Origin: Anthoceros angustus
Taxonomy: Eukaryota; Plantae; Anthocerotophyta
Reading direction: 5' to 3'
Assembly (NCBI GenBank): GCA_010909165.1
Contig: MU008152.1
Coordinates: forward strand, 558,001-622,000
Length of the DNA stretch: 64,000 nucleotides
Position numbers and translations under genes: made by a program. The notes below the pieces were generated by a model. The model saw nothing but the letters and a program-made list of their open reading frames with translations. It made no database searches and was not told the origin of the DNA. The stretch's first letter is position 1. Each line of letters begins with the position of its first letter. This document shows, piece by piece, positions 24,271 to 35,759 of this stretch.

Positions 24271-24556
24271 CCATGCGAACCTAAATAATTGAAGGCCAAG
24301 GAACTTCTATCCCGAATATTCCTACTCCCCATGGTCCAAGGAACTTTCGGAACCTATCATGCCTATATATGCTTCTATCTACCCATACTTTCTACCCGAT
24401 CGAACCTCCTGACGCCGATTCGATTAAGTCCGAACTCCCTCGGACGTCCTACCATCTTCCTACTGTTTCTATCGACCTACCTACCTACACACGAACCACT
24501 ATTCATCCTTCGTCGGTCTCTCCCGTCTTGGGTGACCAAAATTCTTCGTTCCACAT

Positions 24557-24570
24557 GCTCCTCTCCCCAT
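24557..24570 (-). other. Polypurine tract
   Basis: atggggagaggagca immediately precedes TGTGG on the minus strand, directly after the end of integrase. Confidence 0.85.
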
Positions 24571-27500
24571 TTGTTTGCGCTCATAAACATCCTGTGTAAA
24601 GTACTTCTTGATCTTCCACCCATTCACTCTGGTAGGAAGTAGTTCCCCGATCTTCCAAGCGCATTTTCATAGTACAACCCGCATAGGCCCCATCCATCTC
24701 GGCGTAGCTTCCGGAAAATCTAAATACCTACTATCGTAAAGGAGCACCAAGTCTCCCGCTACTCGGTCTGGTGAAGCCTCCCATCGTGCCTCTCCTTCCT
24801 CTGTTCTGTACTGTGTCTCCTCTAAGGCATCGTCCTAGTTTCCTCATGCCTATAAATTCTTCCAACTGGCTTGTTCACTATCTTCCACCGTCATTCGCTC
24901 ATCTTCCATAATTCTATCGTTGGTACCTCAAATTCGGGCATTACGGGTGACATACCGTATGTCGAGATAATCTGATGTCTTCTTGTGGTCACCTTCTCCA
25001 TGATCCACGAAAGCCCATAGCAGTGTAGCTTGGTATCGATCATACATATGGGAGATCACTTTGTCAAAATGTTGCATAGTAACCCATTTGTCTTCTCCGT
25101 GAGTCCGTTGGCTTTCGGGTTGTAAGGCGTAGTCTTCTGTCGAATGTTGAAATAAGCGATCACGGACTCGATTATCTTTGTTGAAATCGTCCCTCGATCG
25201 CTAACAAGTTCCGGTGGGCATCCATACCTTGTGATAATCCGTTCAAACAAAAACTTGGCGGCGGTGGGCGCATCATCCTTCCTTCCGCCTCGACCATCTT
25301 TGTGCGATGTCATGCAACGAATGTCTTGTCGCTGGTCCGGTGGTGGTCGAATAGGTCCCACAAAATCAATTCCCCATTTTCAAAAGGTGCGGTGGTAGGA
25401 TGTCGTTAGAGGCCTTGGTCGTGGGCCTCCCGTTCGTGACAAGCATCACAACTCGATGAATAACCATACATCTCGATACATTGTATCCCACCAAAACCGG
25501 TTAGAATCTTCTTTGTTGTGATTGTGGCGGAATAGTGTCCTCCTGCTTCCTCGTGTGCAAGGCTTCTATCACCATGGCTTTCTCATCCCCTCAAACATCT
25601 TGAATCACCTCATCATTTAATTTGTACAATACTCCCTTTGATGCAATATGGTGCCGCCTGTATGAATACGAACTCCTTCCTTTGATAAATCCACCGCAAC
25701 TCCCCATGCTCTAAATACCTCGACCTCGGCGTTGATGAGTGTCGGACACGCACGCCCTCCACTTCTTCTTACAGTGCGGGGTTTACGTCGCGGGTTGCGT
25801 AGTCCTTGGTCCTGTGACGTCCCCCTCCGGTTCTCAGTCTGCTCGCGATATCCGGAGGAGTCCCCGAGCTCCGCCGTTTTCTCAGTCCGTCCTTCCTGCA
25901 GTGCCTCCTGCCGTCTTTCGATCATGCTTTCGGCCACGGCTACCAACTCCTCATCTGGGAACTTATCGTTCGGTGGTGGCCTTCCTTCATTCGTAGTCGA
26001 GAAATGAAGTCGGCGTTCACATGTTGCTTCCCCGTGTTTCCACCTCATAATCGAATTCACGTATGCCATCCGCGATTCGTCCGGATAGATCGGGTTTGTT
26101 TACCAAGTACTTCAATGCGAAATGGTCCACATGGAACACAACTTTGCAAGCCGAGATAGTGTCGAAATTTCTTGCGAGAATAGATGATGCCAAGAGCTTC
26201 TCTTTCGATCGTGGAGTAGTTCCGTTACGCATCCGAAAGTTGGCGTGCATAGAAGATCGGCCTATCATGCTTCTTTCCATCACGTTGACTCGGGATGGCC
26301 CCTATGGCATGTGATACATCCACAAAGACATGAAAAGGTTCTTCCCGGTTGGGGGTTGCAATCGGTGCCCCGCCAAGCTCTTTTCAAACTTAGCGCTTCA
26401 CGCTCGGTCCATCAAAAGGAACATCTTTCTTGATGGTTGCGTGAGAGGTGCGCCTTCTTTGCAAAATCAATGATGAATCTCTGTAGTATCCCACAAGCGA
26501 TGAAGGCTCGAACTTGCCTTACCGTTTCCGGAGCATCCATCTCTGTGATGACTACGACCTTTTCCCTATCCACCTCCAAACCTCGCTTCGAAACACGATG
26601 TGCCAGCAGTGATTCCTTCTATCATTCCGAAATAACATTTGCTTGGGTGCAACTTCAAATTGGTTTCTCTACACATAACCTTTGGCGAAGATGTCCCAAG
26701 TGCTGCTTCTCTTCCCAAACACACAAAAGTCATCCGAAATACTTCCATGAATTTCCTCGGTACTCTCGGAAAATGGTATTCACTACTCTGAAGGTGGCGG
26801 GGCATTGCAAAGACCAAAGGGTAATTTGGCATATGCAAACGTCCCCAATCGATGGTAGCGTTGTTTTGTCTGATCTTCCTTTCTCGAGTGATCGATTGTA
26901 TCCACGAATACCCGTCTAAGCTGTACATCTCATGCCTGCGGGTGTCCAATACACTATCCATAAGCGGCAAGGGTGATGGTCTTTCTTAGTTGCCTCATTC
27001 AACTTCACGAAATCTGACCCGAACTTTCCCTGTTGCTTCTTAGGCACAATCACAATCGGTGCCACCCATTCGCTTAGTCTGGGATAGATTACTCCGCCTC
27101 CGAATCTTGATCCAATTGCTCCTTCACCACTAGAGAATACTTTGGATTGAGTCGTCTTGCTTGATCCTCACGTCGCTCCTTCCTTCAAGTCGATTCGGTG
27201 CACTCCCAACTCCTCAGTATCGGTCATTTCGGTTACCTTGAGCGAAACAATCTATGTATTCCAACAACGGTGATGGAGTTGTTTCTTCTCTTTGTTCGCG
27301 ATGCTCGCATACCATGACTTTCTTCCGGGGCCAGCTCCATTTCCTCTAAGGCTCGGATCCCTTTGGTCCGTCCGGACAACTTCCTAGTGCGTTCCTTCAT
27401 CCGGAAAATCTTCATTGTCGGCTTTCTTATCCAAGGATGCTTTCTCCGTCCCTTCTCCATTGTACTCGATTCTTCTTCTATCTCGACTTGGAAGCGTCAA

Positions 27501-30500
27501 CAAGCGGGACAATACGTTTGATCATCGATCGAAGAATTTTCCTCTCCTCTGTCTCCTCCCCAACCTCGGAGGTGTACTCCTCGGTGAGGGATTAGTTTCC
27601 CCTTCATAGGTTTCCTTGCTCCACTCACGAGGCATGAGCCAGCGGCATGCCCTTGAGCGATCTGAAATTTTCCTTCTTCCCCAATCAAGGCTTTTCTGCC
27701 GTATAGCCATGGCCTCCCTATCAACACTTGATACCCCGGTCGGGTGGTCGCATGACCACATAAGTCAAAGGAAAACAATGCCTCCAATGTTAGTGGGTAC
27801 CCGATACAGTCGCCGCGTCGATCCGCCATTCGAAGAATGGTGCGTGTCCTCGAACTTGGTGTATCCTAGTTTGCTGGCCGTTTCTTCCATCATCAGTTAA
27901 CACGAGCCGGAGTCGATGGTACCGCCTTATCAAGCATCCGTTCACTTGACCGATATTTCACGGCACCCAAATCCATGAGTTCCACAACTCGTACATCCGT
28001 AGTCGTTTACGGTTTTACGTATGAGTCCCTTTCATCGCTTCTCGCATCATCGTCGATACTTGGGGTTGTCGGACAAGAGTTGTCGAAATGTCACAAGGAA
28101 TTCTTGATCCAGCAGATTGCCGGTGACCTTCTCGGTGAGAGGGTCTTCTTTTCCTCAGCCGATTACTTCTTCTTGGTAACCCTCCATCTTTTGTCATCAC
28201 TCCTCTGGACCCATGGTTTCTGGGGGTGCATGTTTCTTCGCCTGCTGAGTGAGTTTCCGTAATTCGGCATCGAGCATGCCTGCCACCTCCTGGCTGATGT
28301 CAGGTGCAAATTCGAAGCCTTTGGACCGCCCTCCCTCAGCGGCCCCGGTCTCGTGGCCGTTTCTTCATCTCTCGATGTCGCTTCCTCTGGCATTCTTCTT
28401 TTCTTTCGCTCGGATTCCGCCCATCTCCGCCGAACTTCCAATTTCCGAGCATTCCCCTTGTCGTCGAGGTGTCGTCCCTCCTTCCGTCTTGACCGAGTGG
28501 CGACGCGTGCGACCAACTCGTCTTCTCCGGAGATATACCCGGAGTCCTCTTCCTGTACTTCCAACCATTCGCCTTCTTGCTCCTCTCCCCAGCGTTCGCG
28601 TCTTCTACTTCCACTGTCTAGGGGTGGGCACGAGAGGCATCTGGGTTTGGTGGAATCTCCTCTGTCACCCGGGTTAGCGAATCGTACCCCTGGCCTGGCG
28701 AGAATGGTCTTGGGCCCCGTACATCTTGCATCTCCCGCTATATGACTGGCGCCTTGCAGACTGTGAAGAGTGTACCCAATCATGGTTACGGACATGCATT
28801 CGCATAATGATCAGGCGCCACGTTGTAGCAATGGCGATACATTGGGGTCGAGAGGATTCCGCCATTGATTCGCGATTTTGCCTTGGACCATACCTCATCC
28901 CTTTGGGTGATGGGTTGATAGGTGGCTCTCATGGATTGAGGCGGTCGAGCTCTGTCACGCATCGATACACCTCCTCTCACGAATAGTATGGGTCTAGATC
29001 GTACTCCACCGATTGACCCATCGTGTCTTGAGACGGCATTCACGTGCGTATGGCTGGTGATGACAATTGCTACAAAAGACTTGCGCCGTAGGGAAGGAGA
29101 TCGTCGCGTCGGTCGATTCTTGACTAATTTGATCTCGATGTCACTTCCTCTTGCCACTCGCTTTCTTCCTCTTGCCACTCGCTTTCTTCTTCTTGGTGGC
29201 GACCTTCCATTCGTTTCCCTTTTCCCTTCTCTGAAACCTTCGTGGCGTTTCTCTTGTCTCTCTCCTTCTTCTTCAGCAAATGTTCCAAGTCTTTTTTCAC
29301 TCGCTTATGATGTGCTTCTTCCGATTCGCTATCATCCGTCCCAGATGTTGAATTCTCTTCAGATGATGATGGTTCCGACTGAGTGTCTTCGGACGTCGAT
29401 TCTTCTGACGAACTTGAAGACTGATGTCTCTTTCCTTTCTTCCTCTTGCCACTCGCTTTCTTCCGTCTTCTCCTCCCCAGTAGAGCGGCCTCCCATGCTT
29501 CGGCTGCTCGAATGCCTTCCTCCAAGGTATCATTGCCCCTGCGGCAGTGAATCTCCATCTTTCGTGGTAGTCCAGACGAACCAATCCAACGCTTGTTCTT
29601 CCGAATCGCTTGTGATTCTCCTCCGTGTTGTCCACTCGGAGGTATCTTCTCCAGCGTAAAACCGTTCCACATAATCGAGCAAGGATTCTTTCTTCTTTCG
29701 GAGTCACGAAGTTTTGTTACATGGGTAGTGTGGCTCAAACCAGCGAATAAGGAAATCAGCTCGCAACAGCCAAGCGGTGGGTGGGGTAGAGAACTTCGGC
29801 ATACCATTGTTGCGCGGTCCTGTGATCTGGAAAAATTCGTACCCGATCTGTCGAGGAATCCTCGATGTTAGCCCTCGAGATGGATTCGAAAAGTTTTACA
29901 AAACTTTCGGCATCGATGTCGTCCTCCTTCTTGGATCCAAATTTGGGATACGGCTGCCTTGTGTGCGGGTGATGAGGGCTTGCTCCTCCTGTACTGGTTC
30001 CTCCCGCTCCACTCATGGCTATGGGTAAAGGTGTCAGTACTGTCGAGAACCGGGTCGTCACCTGCCTGAGTAAGTGAGAAACTCGGGCAGCTCTTGCTCG
30101 TGGGTTGTGGACTTGGTTGTGTCTTCGCTCTGATCCCACAATTCTTGCTTCTTCTCTTGCCACTCGCTTTCTTCCTCAAGCTTCCGCTCGAGCCAAATGA
30201 TCGAGATATCGTCGATTGTAAGTGTCCCAATCCCTTGCTCCCTGTTGGTCGGCGATCAACGCCGCCCGTATGGCTGCCTCCCGAGCCCTCTCGGTAACAA
30301 ACTCAGCGTGTCGCTCGTTGACTCCCCTCCGGAGATGATCTCTGTCAAACAAGGCGTTTTCTTCGTCAGGCTCTGAGTCCGAAAAATCTTCTAAGGTGTC
30401 AGCGTCAGAAGAGGATGCAGGTGCGTTTCGGACGGGTGGTAATGGCAGGACCACCCCTACTTCCCCTTCAGAGTCCTTCACACCGTTCGTGGGTGATACT

Positions 30501-30600
30501 AACTCCACGGTCGTGACTTCTCGAAGGGTTCGCAAAGAAATGAGCTCGGCCTCCGTTACTGGTTCCGCTCTGTCTTCTTGATGTTCCAAAGTACCACGGC
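24570..30600 (-). pseudogene. gag-pol: gag-pol, copy 1 (gag, Zn knuckle, protease, RT, RNase H, integrase), heavily frameshifted
   Basis: YPKFGSKKEDDIDAESFVKLFE (gag), CYN..DHYANACP (~28800), TIDSGS (~27915), LDGYS and FMEVF (RT), HVDHFALKYLVNKPDLSGRIA (RH), WGIDFVGP, LVSDRG and NGLTEKTN (IN). Confidence 0.9.
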
Positions 30601-30880
30601 TCCCCGTCCGTGGAGTAGGCGCTGTCGGACCTTTCTCCGCAAAACAATCGAGACAACCTAGCGTGGTGGTCGTTGTTGCGTACTTTCTTCCTCGGTGAGC
30701 TTGCCCGCTGACCGCTTACCTCCACTCTAGCCGCGATGGCTCGGCTAACCTCTCGGGATTGCCTCTATCCGTCGATACTCATCCCTTCCGCCGCCCTTTC
30801 ACGAGTTGAAAGGGGATGATTCGCAATGCCCGTTTACTCCCTCTGTCATCATTCACTCACACACAATCCTCAAGCGGCAA

Positions 30881-30895
30881 ATCCCGACAGCGCCA
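30881..30895 (-). other. Primer-binding site TGGCGCTGTCGGGAT, 4 nt from the LTR
   Basis: atcccgacagcgcca-aaaa-tgtgg on +. The second copy at 41640-41655 reads cccgacagcagcgcca. The priming tRNA was not identified. Confidence 0.8.
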
Positions 30896-31739
30896 AAAAT
30901 GTGGTAGGTTTGCCTCGGTCACCCCGAGCTCGCCTCGGTGGCCACACTTATCCCACTCGTTGAATACGAGGTTCGATCCCAAGAGATTTGGTTCGGATTG
31001 TTTGCAGTCGTTCCTCTCACTCTCTCACTCTCGTCATTCCGCCTTGTCTACTTGTCCTCGATGTGGGCAACAAAGCGGTGTTATGCGTTTTTTTGGGTTA
31101 TCTGGCGCGCTCCACGCCTTCGATTCCCTCCACCTCAACACTCTCTCCGCCAACTACAACGATCAATTCACTCTACAACGACACACCCATAGCCAACCTC
31201 TTCACCATTCTCAAAAGAAACATAGCTCACGGACCACCACATACTCACTTCATTCGATCCCCAAATCTAACTCTACCATAGCGTTCGCGGTTTCGCCTCC
31301 CTTGCGGCTGGCACAGGGTGACTAGGGTATTTCTCTCGGGCGATTGCACGAACACGGCGCGGCGTAGTCGGCGCCGATCCTGCAGGGCCACCCAGAAACA
31401 CAAAGCACATCCAACAACAATCTTTCACGAGAGGAGCTGCGTTGGCGAACCCACCGCGAGGGCCTCGAGAACCCCACCCTTCGCCTTCTCGTCGCTTGGC
31501 GGGCGGTCAGCACACACACAAAGGGATGCGGAGGCGAAGAATGCATGACAAAGCAAGGTCGGTGTTTATTCATTCTTCCACCCTCCCTTTTATAGGTGGG
31601 GAGTCGAGCCACTCGTGCTAGTTTAATGCTAGGCGACTTGCCAAGTCCAACAATAGGACTCTTGTCGGCCTTCTTCCCTTGTAATGCTCCTTCCGCTACC
31701 CTCACCTTGACCGAATATCCTATCTGTCTATCGCCACTC

Positions 31740-34376
31740 TTAAATACTCACACTTCCCAAGGTGTGCACCACTTGGGACAAAACGTCCTCTTGAAAAGGT
31801 CTCTGACATCCTCGTTCTGCTTTTGTTAGCCCTCGCTTCAATGTCTTCCCTTGATGGGTCGCTTAGCCTTGCCCACCTCCGAGTCTTCTCGGGACTATGC
31901 ACAGTAGCACGCCTCGTCGGCCCCCGGTGGTAGGTCTTGTGGTAGGAGGTTCCATTCCTCCTACTCGTTCATCCTCGATGGGTTCCTCCCTCAGTTCTCG
32001 TCTTCTTGGTAGGCGGTTCGTCTCCTACCTCTGTTTGGATCTTGCTATGGGGTACCTTCCTCCACGGCTGGTTTCGTGACCGGAGGTACCCTTCCTTGGT
32101 CACCTCCTCCTCTTCAGCAGTTCCTACGAGTAGGAACTTTGGTAGGTACCATCCTACCATCGGTCTCTTCCTCCCGCTTGATAGCTCCACCGTCTCGGAG
32201 GTTCTCTGGCGTCGCCGTAGGTGCTTCTTGACTCGCTCGCTCGGCTATGTCCGACTGCTTTCCTTGTACCAACTCAAAGTTTGACCTCGGTTTTCATTCC
32301 ACTTCCTCCTTCCTCCGTAGGAGGTGCTTCTATGGCCTTCTTCGTCTTCCTCACCGTAGCGTTCCTCAATCGCTTCTAGGAGGTTGTTGTAGTAGGTCGC
32401 CACCCTACCACTCTCCTTCTTTTGTCGTCCATGATGCGGACCCTTAGTGGGATGGCCTTTTCGTCCGGCACGATTTGTCACTCCTACCAATGCGGCCTCT
32501 TTCTCCACTACCGCTCTCCAACTCCGAAAGCCTCCCAATCTCCTTATCTTTCTCCATGGCTTCCATCGCCATGCGTTTCACTATGGTCGCTCTACTTTGC
32601 TCCTCGAATGACCAAGACCCTCCAAAGATCGTTGGGCCATCAAAACTTCCTTCCGCGGTTCCTTGCCTCCGTTTCATAGGCGTGGGTAAGGTCGTCGGCC
32701 TTCTTCGTTCTTTGCTCCAAAAGTTCTCTCGTGTCTGAGCTCCTCTTTGTGACCCTTAGTCACATTGTCCCATCCTTGTCGTTCCTTCACCAAGCGCCGT
32801 ATTTTCCCTTGTAATGCTCCTTCCGTTGCTCCATGGTTCTTCTTCGTAGGAGGTCCTTCGTCTTCAAGGTCCCGGGGCCTTGCTAGGGTAGCTTCCAACT
32901 TTCGCCTCCTCCTTGCTGCGTTCGATGTGTCCTACCCTTGCTAGGGTAGCTTCCAACTTTCGCCTCCTTCTGGCGGTTTCCAACTCCTCCTCTTGGCTGA
33001 TTTTGCCTCTGTCCTAAGACACAGTCAATCATTTCCCACATTCACCAACTTGGTGGTCATCTGTCGCTCTTTGGCGGATCTAGCACGGAGTGTTGCTTCT
33101 CGGAGGTGGTTTTGAGCTCCTCTCAATTTCTTCTCGGCATCCTCCGGCTCCTTTTCGTAGGTCTCGAGTTCGGCCACGAACTTGGTCACCTCCGACACGG
33201 TCCACTAGGGCGTCCATAGATCCTGCGCCCACTTCCTCCTCCTCCCTCTTGGCTGATTTTGCCTCCTCCTCCTCCTCCTCCTCCTCCTGGTGCGTAGGTC
33301 ACCAACGCCTCGGCGTTCTTCTCTCACTGCCTCAAGTCTTGTTACTACTTCTTGGTGGTCACCTCCTCCTTCCTCCTTCCTCCGTAGGAGGTCCTTCTTC
33401 GTAGGAGGTTGTTGTAGTAGGTCGCCACCCTACCACGGTGTTGTCGGCCTTCCAATCCTCAACCCTCGGTAGGTGGTCTCGTATCCTTTCCTCCTTCCTC
33501 CGTAGGAGGTGCTTCTATGGCCTTCTTCCCTTTCTCTTGTTGGGTTCCCGATCACGAGGCCTCATGTTGGTTCGCGGGCGTGGCGGTCTCTTGCCCGGGG
33601 CCTCTGTCTCTTCATCCTGGGGCGATGGCTCTCCTTCCGCTACCCTCACGAGTAGCTTCTATCTTGGCTTCTTCCAGCTCTCGTGTAAGAACCTCCTCCC
33701 TCGATATAGGTGTACGAGGAAGGTAGAGACAAAGCGATTCTTGCTCCCTCCATCACCAAATGGTTTTATGCAACCCTTTGTTCATACTGAATGGTGGCCC
33801 AATCCACCAACTTCCCAGACATCTCATACATCATCATTAAATGGGAATTTCCAGTCGTCTTCCTCGCGCCGCGTTAGTCCAGCCATATCTTGGCGAATAA
33901 ATTCCACTTCCGCTCCTTGAACAAAGAGATCCTCCAGCCATTGCCTTGCGACCATACTTCCTCCTTTGGTCGTAGGAACATGCTCATAACCTCCTCGGGA
34001 TCGATTCTTGGAGGCTGAAGCGAATGATCCCTCCCTTGTGGGCTTCCGGTATCAAATCGTATCCACGGAAATGCCGTACCTTCCACATCCCGGGATGACT
34101 TGATTGTCGCATCCTCCAGGGCGGCCGTCGCCTTGGTCACTCTCATTCGTCGCGCACACTCCACAGACAAGGCGGCTGAAAGTGCCACCGGTACCAAATC
34201 AGCCATTCCATCTTCATCTCGGGCGTGGCTCAGGCGCCTCAAATCTCGAGGTGAAATTTGGGCGGCCTACACTCGAACTCGGGGTGGGTGTTTCTTACCT
34301 TTTCCCTTTGTGGGCGGTGTGGCGGAGGTTTCCTCCCGTGGGAGTACCCCGTTCCCGTCCTCACTATCTTTACCAT
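31740..34376 (-). pseudogene. LTR-internal ORF, copy 2
   Basis: ATG at 34376 and TAA at 31740 (2637 nt), with internal frameshifts. Confidence 0.65.
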
Positions 34377-35016
34377 CCGCAGGGGGAGCACACACAAGGA
34401 TAGCAAAATTGGAGAGATTGGAGTAATCTATCGGCTAAGAGAGTGGAGAGCAAAGAGGTGGTGGTTTGGGTGAGGCATGACAGGGGAGACCCGCGCTCCT
34501 CGGCCTCGCCTCAACGCAACCACTAAGAGGTGGCCTTGGCCCCTTCAATCTCCCTCCAGAACTTCTCCACCTTGCTCGCCTTTTGGCGTCTAGCCTGCTC
34601 ACCCCTCGGCGCCTCTACAATCGCCTCCGCTCGAGCACCTCCACTCGCGCGCCTTGGATCCCCTCCGAACTCCTTCCGAATCGCTCATGCCCCGGCTAGC
34701 TCGCTGATGGCCGCCTCGCGCTCCTCGGCGTTCTTCTCCACCTTGCTCGCCTTGGTCACCTCCTCCTCCTTCCTCCTTCCTCCTTTGGTCGTAGGAACAT
34801 GCTCATAACCTCCTCCTCCCTCGGCGCCTTGACTGCGGTTCGCTGAAGGCGCCCGTTCAAAACCACAGCTAACGAGTTGCGGTACATGCAACCGCCTTAA
34901 TGGCGCTCCTCCCGATGGGCGCCGTGTCGGTTCAAAACTCCTGTAGCCATTTTCCATCTACAACTTAACTAGCCCTTTTGGCATATATAGCCATGCAGAA
35001 CCTAAATAATTGAAGG

Positions 35017-35726
35017 CCAAGGAACTTCCTATCCCGAATATTCCTACTCCCCATGGTCCAAGGAACTTCCTATCCCGAATATTCCTACTCCCCATGGTCC
35101 AAGGAACTTCCTATCCCGAATATTCCTACTCCCCATGGTCCAAGGAACTTCCTATCCCGAATATTCCTACTCCCCATGGTCCAAGGAACTTCCTATCCCG
35201 AATATTCCTACTCCCCATGGTCCAAGGAACTTCCTATCCCGAATATTCCTACTCCCCATGGTCCAAGGAACTTCCTATCCCGAATATTCCTACTCCCCAT
35301 GGTCCAAGGAACTTCCTATCCCGAATATTCCTACTCCCCATGGTCCAAGGAACTTCCTATCCCGAATATTCCTACTCCCCATGGTCCAAGGAACTTCCTA
35401 TCCCGAATATTCCTACTCCCCATGGTCCAAGGAACTTCCTATCCCGAATATTCCTACTCCCCATGGTCCAAGGAACTTCCTATCCCGAATATTCCTACTC
35501 CCCATGGTCCAAGGAACTTCCTATCCCGAATATTCCTACTCCCCATGGTCCAAGGAACTTCCTATCCCGAATATTCCTACTCCCCATGGTCCAAGGAACT
35601 TCCTATCCCGAATATTCCTACTCCCCATGGTCCAAGGAACTTCCTATCCCGAATATTCCTACTCCCCATGGTCCAAGGAACTTCCTATCCCGAATATTCC
35701 TACTCCCCATGGTCCAAGGAACTTCC
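35017..35726. repeat. Perfect 41-bp tandem array, 17 copies plus a partial copy
   Basis: ccaaggaacttcctatcccgaatattcctactccccatggt x17 (35017-35713). Only about 1.3 copies occur at 24295 and 45762. Confidence 0.97.
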
Positions 35727-35759
35727 TCCTTCCTCCTTCCTTGGGTGACCAAAATTCTT

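Larger units (their letters stand above)
20135..24555 (-). repeat. 3' LTR (4421 bp)
   Basis: tgtggtagg...ttcgttccaca. It is followed on + by tgctcctctccccat, the polypurine tract on the minus strand. Confidence 0.9.
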
